Below are positions 54,147 to 63,624 of a stretch of DNA of 64,000 nucleotides, piece by piece. Position numbers and translations under genes: made by a program. The notes beneath the pieces are model-generated. The model ran no database searches and was not told where the DNA came from. It worked only from the letters and a program-made list of their open reading frames with translations. Position 1 is the stretch's first letter; each line of letters begins with the position of its first letter. Source of the DNA: a virus (lineage: Duplodnaviria > Caudoviricetes). Where the stretch lies: the IMG/VR virus record IMGVR_UViG_3300031998_000024, positions 1 through 64,000 of that record. The stretch is one strand, 5' to 3'.

Positions 54147-55916
54147 ATGCCAAGTTACGCAGACCAATTGAAAGCAGTAGATATGGCTGAGCAGAAACTC
54201 ATGGCTAAGAGATTCCGACTGATAGAAAAAGCAGCTAAATCAGATAATCCAACGGATATGATTATGGCTGCTCAAGTTGTCGATAGGATTCAGAAAAAGT
54301 CGAGTAATGAAGCAAAGGCTTATTTGATAGACCCGTTGCAATTTAGTGCTAATTTAGGGTATAAGGATAAAATCTTTTCACTTACATACACCACTCTCAG
54401 GAGAATGGCGAAAACGCCAATCATAAATTCTATTATCAAAACCCGTAAGAATCAGATAGCAGACTTTGCAGAGCCTCAGGCTGATAGATACAATACAGGT
54501 TTTGTTATCAGAAAGAAACCGATAGGAGGTGTTGAACAAAAGATGGATAATAAGGATAGAAAAATTGCTAATGCTATTACGGATTTTATTCTTAATTGCG
54601 GAGGCAGTAATTCTTGGACGAGTGATGATTTTGATTCCTTTATAAGAAAGATTGTTGAAGATTCCTTAACATTTGACCAAATGACATTTGAATGTATAAG
54701 GAATAGAAGGGGTAAACTTGAATATTTTTTAGCAACCGATGCTTCAACATTCCGAATTGCTGAAAGTGCTTTTAGGTCTGATTATGATAATGATTTCTTT
54801 CATAGACTTGGTTCAGGAGTTTACGCTGATGAAAATTTGAATAACTTGAATAAAAAGATAAATGGTTATTATCCTCAATATGTTCAGGTTTATCAAAACG
54901 CGGTTGTTAATGAATTCTATCCTTGGGAATTATGTTTTGGTGTTAGAAATCCATCAACTTGGATAAACGCTAATGGTTACGGATGTAGTGAGTTAGAAGA
55001 TTTGATTAATGTAATTACATCATTACTTTGGGGTGATGAATACAATCGTAGATTCTTCAGTCAAGGTTCAGCACCGAAGGGATTGTTAAGGATTAAGGGA
55101 GGTATGAATGAAAAGGCTATGCAACAATTTAAGCAACAGTGGCAAGCCATGATTTCAGGTGTTATGCAATCTTGGAAAACTCCAGTAGTAGAAGCGGATG
55201 TTGATTGGATAGATTTGCAAAAGAATAACCGCGATATGGAGTACAACTCCTGGATGGAGTATTTGATAAAACTTGCTTGTGCTATCTATTCAATTGACCC
55301 CACGGAAATAGGTTGGGACATTTCACGCTCAGCTGGAAATTCAGGACTTTATGAAGCATCTCAAGCAGAGCGTTTACAACATTCAAAAGACAAGGGGTTG
55401 TATCCTATTTTGAAATTTATCCAAAGAAAACTTAATAAGTATATCGTTGAACAAATCAATCCTGAATATGAATTTGTGTTTATGGGTTTGAATGGTATGA
55501 CGATTGAAAAAGAGTTGGATATGGATATTAAGAAAATCGGTTCATTTGCTACTGTGAATGAAATCCGTGAAAAGTGGGATATGAAGAAGATTGATGATAT
55601 TGGAGATATTATTGAAAATTCAGTTTATTTCCAAGCATATAATCAAAAGAAACAAGCGGAAATGCAACAGCAACAGCAGCAAGGAGGCTTTGGAGGAGGT
55701 TTTGAGGATTACGAAAATGAGGGTGGTGAAGAAGATGATAATTGGAATCCGTTTGAAGATTACGAAAGCAATGACGAGGGTGGTGGAAACGAGAGTGAGG
55801 AACAGCCTTCAGAAGAAAACGAAGAGGGTAATACAGAAAATGAAGAAAAAGCCGTTAGCAATGTTTTCGTAAAGGCTTTTGAAAATTACTTAGAACAAGA
55901 AATAAATAAAGGGTAA
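54147..55916 (+). CDS. Portal protein
   Basis: IINSIIKTRKNQ, EDSLTFDQ, GYGCSELE, RRFFSQGSAPKGLL, YSIDPTEIG, TVNEIRE motifs of SPO1/Twort-like portals. Confidence 0.92.
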   Translation: MPSYADQLKAVDMAEQKLMAKRFRLIEKAAKSDNPTDMIMAAQVVDRIQKKSSNEAKAYLIDPLQFSANLGYKDKIFSLTYTTLRRMAKTPIINSIIKTRKNQIADFAEPQADRYNTGFVIRKKPIGGVEQKMDNKDRKIANAITDFILNCGGSNSWTSDDFDSFIRKIVEDSLTFDQMTFECIRNRRGKLEYFLATDASTFRIAESAFRSDYDNDFFHRLGSGVYADENLNNLNKKINGYYPQYVQVYQNAVVNEFYPWELCFGVRNPSTWINANGYGCSELEDLINVITSLLWGDEYNRRFFSQGSAPKGLLRIKGGMNEKAMQQFKQQWQAMISGVMQSWKTPVVEADVDWIDLQKNNRDMEYNSWMEYLIKLACAIYSIDPTEIGWDISRSAGNSGLYEASQAERLQHSKDKGLYPILKFIQRKLNKYIVEQINPEYEFVFMGLNGMTIEKELDMDIKKIGSFATVNEIREKWDMKKIDDIGDIIENSVYFQAYNQKKQAEMQQQQQQGGFGGGFEDYENEGGEEDDNWNPFEDYESNDEGGGNESEEQPSEENEEGNTENEEKAVSNVFVKAFENYLEQEINKG

Positions 55917-55921
55917 AAATT

Positions 55922-57829
55922 ATGCCATTAGGAGAAACTACTAACATAGGACAAATTGCTGCATTATGGATAGCGGCAACTGCTCCTACTAATACAAAAT
56001 TGATTTGGTATGATACGGCGCAAAATATACATCGTATCTATGAAACAACGACTGGTAACTGGATTGCTCTGAATCCTCAGGCTGTTACTAATAGTACCAT
56101 TTCTGCTTTGACTGTTATTGCTCAAGGCACTGGTATTGCAATAGGTAAGTTTTTCTATCTTACTGATGTTGGTACATTAGCGATTGCTTTAACATCTACT
56201 AAGATTTGGTATGTAGATACTCATAGTAATTATATAGTCAACGATTTGGCTGCCGCTATTCAGTATTACATAAATTCCACTAATCTTTATATTGATGGTA
56301 ATGCTGGCGTTTGGAATACATCAACTGGTAGGCTTGAATTTACCTTTACAGAAGAAAATTCATTAAACCAAACAAATGATTATGTTGTTATTAGACGAAA
56401 GAATGGAAGCGTTTGGAGTTGGGTGAAATCAAAGATTTCTAATTTTATTTCAACAGTTGCTAATAATAGCATAATTTGGAATAATGGAATTTATTTTAGT
56501 TTCAGCGCAAACATAAATAGTATCTTGAATCAATCGGGTGGAATTGTGGGTTATGACCAATATCTAACTGATATTCAACTTTTGGTTCAAGATATAAATA
56601 ATGTTGCGTTAGATAACCAAAACTATTTGCAACAAGCCAAGACATATACCGATTCTAAGACTACCGCTGCTGAAATATATGGTAAGGGATTACCTGCTGC
56701 TATTACGCCATCAGCCGTTACTCAGACAGCGCCAGTTGTTGGTTGGAGCATTAATCGTATTCTTCAAGATATTTACGGATGGTTTGGAAATCTGAAGTAT
56801 GCTAATAACATCAATGTTGGTATAAATTTCAATCCAGCTGGTAGTGATGGCAATGTTGACGCTACAGATAGCGTAATGCTTGCTATTCAAAAGTTGGTTA
56901 AGAAGGTCGCTAATTTATACGTTGCTTGTTCAACGGCTGCTCTAAGGTTATCCGCAGGATGGGCTCCATATTCATATTGGGGTACTGTTCCCGATGTTGC
57001 TGCTAATGATACAGTTGATACTGCATTTTCCAAATTAGTTGGAAGAATGAATCAACTTGGTATAATAACTAATGGTGTATTAAAGTCAAGAGAAATACAA
57101 CAAAGTCAATATAATACGCTTTTTGAAATAGAGGCTGGTAGATTAGAAATTGGTGAGGTTGATGACCAAGAAACAGTTAGAGTTTCTTTAAGTAATGACG
57201 GTATTCAAATGGAAGACCATTTTTTAGAACAAGATGATTTAATAATAAAACCAAGAAAAATATCTCAATATAATCATCAAATTGATAATTATTCTCAATA
57301 TTATGATGCTGATTATTTCTTTGGCGCAGAATTTCTTGTAAATGGTGTTGATACAAGTCATTGGAGTCAATCTTCATTTGGAGCGGCATTAGTCGGTATG
57401 ATTACTATTGGAGGATATAGAAAATTATACGGATTATATTCAAATAAAGCGTTATTAAGAAGTTTGCATTTTAAGCAAGCTACATTTACATTTTCAGATA
57501 CAAGTCGTTATTTGTATATGAGTGAAAGTCAATCGTTTGTAAGAGTTGTATCGAGTTATGGATATAGTGGAGTTGCTTATTTGTATTTACCGCCAGTTTC
57601 TGATTCTGATTTTGAAATGGTTTTCTTTGTTTCAGTAGAAGCAAATGGATTAGGATTATATATTCAAGCATCAAGCGGTGCTGAAATAGAAATAGGTAAT
57701 GGTTCAACAGCAGCGTCAATTCAAGGTACTGAAGGTGATTTGTTTATGTTTATATTCAGACCTGGATTCTTTTTCCGTGGATTGCAATATAATGAAGGCA
57801 CCTGGAGTTGTAAATTAATAAATCATTAA
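55922..57829 (+). CDS. Putative tail fibre protein
   Basis: TAPTNTKLIWYDT start; repeated VxAxDxVxxAxxKL motifs; beta-rich C-terminus. Confidence 0.6.
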   Translation: MPLGETTNIGQIAALWIAATAPTNTKLIWYDTAQNIHRIYETTTGNWIALNPQAVTNSTISALTVIAQGTGIAIGKFFYLTDVGTLAIALTSTKIWYVDTHSNYIVNDLAAAIQYYINSTNLYIDGNAGVWNTSTGRLEFTFTEENSLNQTNDYVVIRRKNGSVWSWVKSKISNFISTVANNSIIWNNGIYFSFSANINSILNQSGGIVGYDQYLTDIQLLVQDINNVALDNQNYLQQAKTYTDSKTTAAEIYGKGLPAAITPSAVTQTAPVVGWSINRILQDIYGWFGNLKYANNINVGINFNPAGSDGNVDATDSVMLAIQKLVKKVANLYVACSTAALRLSAGWAPYSYWGTVPDVAANDTVDTAFSKLVGRMNQLGIITNGVLKSREIQQSQYNTLFEIEAGRLEIGEVDDQETVRVSLSNDGIQMEDHFLEQDDLIIKPRKISQYNHQIDNYSQYYDADYFFGAEFLVNGVDTSHWSQSSFGAALVGMITIGGYRKLYGLYSNKALLRSLHFKQATFTFSDTSRYLYMSESQSFVRVVSSYGYSGVAYLYLPPVSDSDFEMVFFVSVEANGLGLYIQASSGAEIEIGNGSTAASIQGTEGDLFMFIFRPGFFFRGLQYNEGTWSCKLINH

Positions 57830-57841
57830 ATAATTAGAGTT

Positions 57842-58378
57842 ATGAAAGGAAAAATTCAAAACAACGGTATGATTCCGATTGATTATGAATCGGAATTAAA
57901 AGCATTGAATAAACATTACGCTTCAGAAAAACAACAAAATGGAGTTACTGATGATATCATTAATGTAATTCTTTTGAAGGATACAAAAGATTATACCGAT
58001 GAAGAAGTTGTAAAGGTAGCGCGTAGGAAAATCATTGATGATAAGTATAAATCTAAGAAGGCTGAACTTGATTCATTCAAAGAAATTGTTGAAATACCAT
58101 TTGATGGAGAAATTCCTACTGGTTATACATTGGTTGGTAAGTTCAGAGAAAACGGCGATGTGATTGAAAACTACTATGAGTTGGAAAAAGATTTGTTTGG
58201 TATAAATAAAAATATCAAACAGATTGAAAAAGAATTATCTGATGGTGATTATCGTATCATTAAGACCTATGAAGCGAGATTGATGAATCAACCTGACCCG
58301 TATGAAGACATGGAGTTATTCATACAACATCGTAACGAATTGAGACAACAACATGAATATTGGTCAAACATACTTTAA
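57842..58378 (+). CDS. Putative tail fibre assembly protein
   Basis: LSDGDYRIIKTYEARL...RNELR motif after a fibre gene. Confidence 0.55.
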   Translation: MKGKIQNNGMIPIDYESELKALNKHYASEKQQNGVTDDIINVILLKDTKDYTDEEVVKVARRKIIDDKYKSKKAELDSFKEIVEIPFDGEIPTGYTLVGKFRENGDVIENYYELEKDLFGINKNIKQIEKELSDGDYRIIKTYEARLMNQPDPYEDMELFIQHRNELRQQHEYWSNIL

Positions 58379-58393
58379 TGAAGGGGTTTGATT

Positions 58394-58969
58394 ATGTGTA
58401 AAATTGTATATTTAACAACACGATGTTTTGATGTCGCTGCTAAAAAATTTCGTGAAGCGTTAAAGGATGAGTTGCATAAAAGAGGTGTTGAGGTTGTAAC
58501 TAAATCAAGTTGCTGTCTAAAACAACGATTTTCAAAACATAATACATATGGAATAGCAATTGCGATAGATTTCTTCAGAGATAAAGGAGGCGATGGTTGC
58601 GGATTGACACTTAATCGCAAATGTTCGTTTATTAGTCGTGATTTCGCTTATAATCTCAGTAATGCATTAGATTTACTTACACCTCAGATTCGTTGGCGTG
58701 ATTTCAAATTTGTTGAATCGGATGATAAAGAGTGGTTTAGGTTTTTCAATAAAGTTAGCGCATCAACAAAAACAATAATCTATCTTTGTACCAAAAATAA
58801 TGATTCAGATTGGGAAAGTTATCAATTGGTTTTTGATAAGATAGTTTCTTCATTTACTGATGAAATTATCCGATGTTTGAGAAGCAATTACGATTATAAC
58901 AAGTATCAACAGAGTAGTAAATTAGCTAAATTAAGCGCAAGACGAAGAAATGGAAACAATGAACAGTGA
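58394..58969 (+). CDS. Amidase_3-fold protein apparently lacking catalytic residues
   Basis: Pattern follows N-acetylmuramoyl-L-alanine amidases, but the expected His/Glu ligands are not seen. Confidence 0.5.
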   Translation: MCKIVYLTTRCFDVAAKKFREALKDELHKRGVEVVTKSSCCLKQRFSKHNTYGIAIAIDFFRDKGGDGCGLTLNRKCSFISRDFAYNLSNALDLLTPQIRWRDFKFVESDDKEWFRFFNKVSASTKTIIYLCTKNNDSDWESYQLVFDKIVSSFTDEIIRCLRSNYDYNKYQQSSKLAKLSARRRNGNNEQ

Positions 58970-59450
58970 GTTAATTACAATAATAAGCAGTTTATTTGGC
59001 GTTGGCGGTATAATCTATGGAGTGGTTATGCACTTTGTAGAAAAAAAGAAATATGATGTTGAAGTAAAAGAGAAACAAGCCGATGTAGATGTAAAAACCG
59101 ATGAATTTTGGAAAAATCGTTACGATGTTCTGAATAACGAAATGAAAAGTAAGGATGATTGGTGGAATGAACGATACAATAATCTTTACAATGAAATGCA
59201 ACAAGAACGGAAATTGTCAAACGAGATAGTTTCCAGTTTCCGCAGTGAGTTAAATCAGATTCGTGAAGATTACGAAAGACAGCGTGAAATTGATAAAAAG
59301 AAATACGGAGAATTACTTGACCAATATAACAAATTCAAGGATGAAAGTGCTAAACAGAATAGTGAAAGCATGAAGCGTATAAATCAACTTGAAAACTTGG
59401 TTAGTGAATACGAAAGAAAATTGAAAATAAAGCCAATAGAAAATGAATAA
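58959..59450 (+). CDS. Holin-like membrane protein with coiled coil
   Basis: Single N-terminal TM, long coiled coil, lysis-cassette position. Confidence 0.5.
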   Translation: MNSELITIISSLFGVGGIIYGVVMHFVEKKKYDVEVKEKQADVDVKTDEFWKNRYDVLNNEMKSKDDWWNERYNNLYNEMQQERKLSNEIVSSFRSELNQIREDYERQREIDKKKYGELLDQYNKFKDESAKQNSESMKRINQLENLVSEYERKLKIKPIENE

Positions 59451-60021
59451 AAAGATAACCATATCATTAGCAACCGTAGTAGCATTAGCAATTAGTATGC
59501 TTGTAGGCATTCTTATTGGTAAGGGTTGTGCTGATGTTGTAGAGGTTGAAAAAGAGGTTATAAAAACCGAATGGAAAGAGGCAGAGCCTATTCATGATAC
59601 CATATACGAGCCTAAGCCAGTTACAGTTCATGAAACAGATACTTTCAAACTCATTGTTGAAAAAGAAATCGCTGTGGATACTTCAAAGATTCTTTCAGAC
59701 TATTATCTTATTCGTCAGTATGATTTGAATTTTGGTAATGATACTGTTGGAAAATTCAAAGTTAATTTAGATGTTACACGCAACAGAATTACTAATGTAA
59801 CATCTGAAATTAGACCAATAGTAAAAGTTATTGAAAAAGAGAGGCAAATTGTAAGTATTCCAGCTGTTCAATTTTATGGTATGGTTGGTACATCCGTTGA
59901 TTTGAAGACTAATAAGATTCAATTAGGCGTAGATTTGTATCAAAAATATTTAATAGGAATCAGTGGTTTAAGAATGGATGATAAGTTTGGTTACACAATC
60001 GATGTTGGAATAAAATTTTGA
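59443..60021 (+). CDS. Membrane-anchored spanin-like protein
   Basis: N-terminal TM, HDTIY/TDT Bacteroidetes-type repeats, beta C-terminus ending GIKF. Confidence 0.5.
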   Translation: MNKKITISLATVVALAISMLVGILIGKGCADVVEVEKEVIKTEWKEAEPIHDTIYEPKPVTVHETDTFKLIVEKEIAVDTSKILSDYYLIRQYDLNFGNDTVGKFKVNLDVTRNRITNVTSEIRPIVKVIEKERQIVSIPAVQFYGMVGTSVDLKTNKIQLGVDLYQKYLIGISGLRMDDKFGYTIDVGIKF

Positions 60022-60022
60022 T

Positions 60023-60199
60023 ATGGCTAAACATAATCATGATAAGGATTCTCATTTCATACCAAGTCCGCATAAAGTTGTTACTGGGTATGAAAATGCT
60101 TTTATCAGCGATTGGAATAATACACTTTCAGCCGCTGTTGGCGATGTTTTGAAATATATAGCAAAAGTTACATCTGAAAATATTAAACAAAATGGATGA
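60023..60199 (+). CDS. Small hypothetical protein (58 aa, not in ORF track)
   Basis: ATG just after the upstream stop; open to a TGA overlapping the next start. Confidence 0.55.
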   Translation: MAKHNHDKDSHFIPSPHKVVTGYENAFISDWNNTLSAAVGDVLKYIAKVTSENIKQNG

Positions 60200-61355
60200 C
60201 ATTATTAGACAAATACCTATCAGCGATAAAGAGGAGGCTGAATGCATATTAAAGGCAATTGATACCGATATAATGTTTGATGAGTTAATTAAGGCTCATA
60301 ATGTCGGTGATTTATTTTTCCAAAACGGAAAGACCTATGTTTGGACTGAATACGCTCCAGGAAAATTTGATTGGCATGTTTTGAAAAACAATAGAGTTGT
60401 TCGTGGTAGCGGTATCAATGGTCTTCATGGTAAAAAGGCTTTGGAAAAGGCTTTTTCCGATATTGATAAGGGATTTACCGATAAAAGTAAAATGCTGTTG
60501 CGTCGCACTCCTAATAGGCATTGGCGTCTGTTTTACGATGGTGATGATATAGGTATGACGATAGATGGAAGCAGTATAACCGAATCTGAATTGCGTGAAG
60601 CTGATGTTGTTTATCAAGATAAGAAGGTTGTTGATAATTTCGATTCTTTGAAAGATTACATGGAATTTTCAAGTTCTGATGATGTTTATTTCGTTCAGAT
60701 AATTAAGCGTTGGAAAGATAATAAGGATAAACCAGATGCTGATAAATGGAAGGCAGAGGGAAGACAGAAGGGTTCATATCATTCGGGTGCTGAATATTTG
60801 AATTATTGGCTGATACATTCCACTGATGAATTAGAATCTTTGAAAGACGATATTATGAAGGTTTGCGGATACAACAATGCAAGAGCCTACATAACTATCA
60901 ATAGCAGAAAACAGAGTCAAGTAAATCAATACATTGGTCAATTTAAGAGCCGCTTTTCAGACCCGAATGACCCAAGAGTTAAGAATGCTGAAGCGATACT
61001 TTATGGTATGCCTAAGACTGGACCAAATTGGCGCAATGAGCGTTTAAGAGTTTTGCTTGATATAGATACAACGAGTGATAAGATTGTAAACATTAATGGT
61101 AAAACCGTCAATGTTTGGGATGAAACAGAAAGACGATTGAAAGCATTAGGAATTAAGGTGGCTGCTCGTTACGAAACACCTTCAGGTGGTTTACATCTTA
61201 TTCTTAATAATAAGAATAATCGCAACCTTCGTGATTTTTACAGAGGTTTGTCTGATTTTGACGGAGGTAGAAATTTAGGTGTTACCGCTACAGTTCATCC
61301 ATCTGATGATACAAAGATGATTCTTTATTCTAATGTTGATACAGCAGGATATTAA
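60192..61355 (+). CDS. Protein with K-A leader and C-terminal AEP/prim-pol-like domain
   Basis: ILKA, LIKA leader; VLLDID and YETPSGGLHLI motifs. Confidence 0.6.
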   Translation: MDDIIRQIPISDKEEAECILKAIDTDIMFDELIKAHNVGDLFFQNGKTYVWTEYAPGKFDWHVLKNNRVVRGSGINGLHGKKALEKAFSDIDKGFTDKSKMLLRRTPNRHWRLFYDGDDIGMTIDGSSITESELREADVVYQDKKVVDNFDSLKDYMEFSSSDDVYFVQIIKRWKDNKDKPDADKWKAEGRQKGSYHSGAEYLNYWLIHSTDELESLKDDIMKVCGYNNARAYITINSRKQSQVNQYIGQFKSRFSDPNDPRVKNAEAILYGMPKTGPNWRNERLRVLLDIDTTSDKIVNINGKTVNVWDETERRLKALGIKVAARYETPSGGLHLILNNKNNRNLRDFYRGLSDFDGGRNLGVTATVHPSDDTKMILYSNVDTAGY

Positions 61356-61366
61356 GATAGTTTGAC

Positions 61367-62836
61367 ATGGTTTTATCTCAAGCACAAATTGATGATATTG
61401 TTGCTATACTTCAGCAACATCAATTAACATTTATCGCTAAACAGTTGGGTGTTAATTATCTATTAGCAACTGATAGGGCTATTCTTGTTGCTCATGGAGT
61501 TGATTTAAGTAAGTTCGCAAATTCTCAAGGAATAATAGAACAAGCGTATTTATTTGGTTTACTTTCACAAGCAATGGATGATAAACGAGCAAAGAATATG
61601 ACTTATGCTCAATTCAAGAAGTTTATCAAGTCAGGTCAGTTTGTTCCGCTTACGGATGAAGAGGAATTTGTGCTTGAGCAAGTTAAAAACCAGTCATACA
61701 ACGACATTAGTGGTTTAGGCAGTAAGATTATACAAGGCACTAAAAATATCGTTGTACGGGCAAATTTAAGAACACAGAATAATATAAGGAATATAATCAA
61801 AAACAAGGCTATTGATGCTGTGAAATTCCGTCAATCTGCTGCAAAAATGGCTTCTGAAATAGGTCATGCTACAGATGATTGGGAAAGAGATTTTTTGAGG
61901 ATTTCCTATTATGTACTTCAGAATGCTTATAATTACGGAAGGGCAAGGTCTATTTACAGAGAACATGGAGAAGATGCTGAAGTTTATTTCGATATCTTAA
62001 AGGGTGCTTGTAAACATTGTCGTGAATTGTATCTAAAAGACCCTGATGATGAAAATAGTGAGCCGATTGTTTTTAAGTTAAAGGATGTTCTTGAAAATGG
62101 AAATAATATTGGTAGAAAAGTAGCAGATTGGTTGCCAACTGTTTCTCCAATACATCCTTATTGTCGTTGTAATATACGATTCAAAGACCCGAATATGGAA
62201 TGGGATGAAGAAACCTTATCATTTACCAAACCAAGGGTCTATAAACCTAAAAATAAAAAGTTACAAGGTGTTAAGTTAGATATTAAGGTAACAAAATCTG
62301 ACGATGACGAATTAAATAAAGAGAGTTTCAAACAGCGTTTAGAAAATGCTAAATCTGAAACAAATACTGAACCAACTGAAGCAGAAATTAAGGCTGGAAA
62401 CTATAAGAAGGGTCATGTATCATTCGGAGGTTATAATTTCGTGATTGAGAATCCAAAGGGAAGTGAAAGAAGCGGAGTTGATAAGGATGGTAAGCGTTGG
62501 AGTATTACGATGAATAATACATATGGATATTTCCTTGGAATAATCGGTAAGGATAAAGACCATATTGATGCGTTTATCAACGATAATGCTGATTTAGATA
62601 ATTTCCGTGGTAAGATTTATGTTATTGACCAGGTTAATAAAGATGGTAGTTTTGATGAACATAAAATAATGTATGGATTTAATTCTATGCGTGAAGCAAA
62701 GGCTGCTTATTTATCAAATTACGAAAAAGGTTGGAAGGGATTAGGTCGTATAACAGCTGCTCCTAAGCCAGTATTTGATAGGTGGATGAAGCGAAGTAAA
62801 AGAAAACTAAAACCATTTAGTTCGTATCAAAGTTAA
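61367..62836 (+). CDS. MuF-like minor head protein fused to inorganic-pyrophosphatase-like (InPase) domain
   Basis: ACKHC...HPYCRC (MuF); PTEAEIKAGNYKKGH, IENPKGSERSG, DKDHIDAF, FDEHKIMYGF (InPase). Confidence 0.8.
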   Translation: MVLSQAQIDDIVAILQQHQLTFIAKQLGVNYLLATDRAILVAHGVDLSKFANSQGIIEQAYLFGLLSQAMDDKRAKNMTYAQFKKFIKSGQFVPLTDEEEFVLEQVKNQSYNDISGLGSKIIQGTKNIVVRANLRTQNNIRNIIKNKAIDAVKFRQSAAKMASEIGHATDDWERDFLRISYYVLQNAYNYGRARSIYREHGEDAEVYFDILKGACKHCRELYLKDPDDENSEPIVFKLKDVLENGNNIGRKVADWLPTVSPIHPYCRCNIRFKDPNMEWDEETLSFTKPRVYKPKNKKLQGVKLDIKVTKSDDDELNKESFKQRLENAKSETNTEPTEAEIKAGNYKKGHVSFGGYNFVIENPKGSERSGVDKDGKRWSITMNNTYGYFLGIIGKDKDHIDAFINDNADLDNFRGKIYVIDQVNKDGSFDEHKIMYGFNSMREAKAAYLSNYEKGWKGLGRITAAPKPVFDRWMKRSKRKLKPFSSYQS

Positions 62837-62854
62837 TAATATTGCGAATTGTTA

Positions 62855-62895
62855 GACGCGGCTACATGCTGAAAGGCGGTAGCCGCATCGTTTTT
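62855..62895 (+). terminator. Intrinsic terminator
   Basis: gacgcggctac...gtagccgcatc + T5. Confidence 0.65.
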
Positions 62896-62933
62896 ATATA
62901 CATAGTTCTTAAATTAAAGTAATTCATAAAGAC

Positions 62934-63623
62934 ATGAAGAAAAGTAATAAAGAAAAAAGTTATCTGATTATCCAGCCTCATTCTGACGATGCTTTGTTTA
63001 GCGTTGGTCATCTTGTTCTTTCAGAACATAATGTTTCAATTCTTACTGTTGAGAATAATGCTAAAAGAATAAGTGAGGATGAAAAACTTTATCAGTTTAT
63101 CGGAAAAAATTGGAATCATTTAGATGTAGATTTTGATGACCAATCTTTCTATGAGTTTTATAAACATAATAAGGATTTGAACGAAAGTAATGGACATGAT
63201 TTCATGATTTCTTATTTTGGCGAAGAAAAGATGTCTAAAATAAAGAATGCTGTAAATAAGTTTGTTGAAAAATTTGTTTCTCAAAATGAAGATAGTATTA
63301 TTTATTTGCCTTGGGGTATTGGACATCCGTTTCATCTATTTATCAGAATTTGCGTTGAAAGAAAGTTTGCGAATAAAGATGGTGTGAGATTGCGTTTTTA
63401 TCGTGATTTTCCGCATTCATATAAGCGTAGAGCGCAAGCGCAGGTCGCTGAACAACTTCATGATTTTGTATTGTATAAAAGTTATGATGTTAAGGATTTT
63501 GCCGATATTAAATGGGAATTGGCTAAAAAGTTCTATAAGAGTCAAAGTGGTTTGCTTTGGTTTGAACAAGGATATATCAAAAAGAATTTACCTGAAGAAG
63601 TGTATGTGAGAAAACCGAGTTAA
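62934..63623 (+). CDS. PIG-L family deacetylase
   Basis: IQPHSDDA and GIGHPFH metal motifs, YRDFPH. Confidence 0.8.
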   Translation: MKKSNKEKSYLIIQPHSDDALFSVGHLVLSEHNVSILTVENNAKRISEDEKLYQFIGKNWNHLDVDFDDQSFYEFYKHNKDLNESNGHDFMISYFGEEKMSKIKNAVNKFVEKFVSQNEDSIIYLPWGIGHPFHLFIRICVERKFANKDGVRLRFYRDFPHSYKRRAQAQVAEQLHDFVLYKSYDVKDFADIKWELAKKFYKSQSGLLWFEQGYIKKNLPEEVYVRKPS

Positions 63624-63624
63624 T

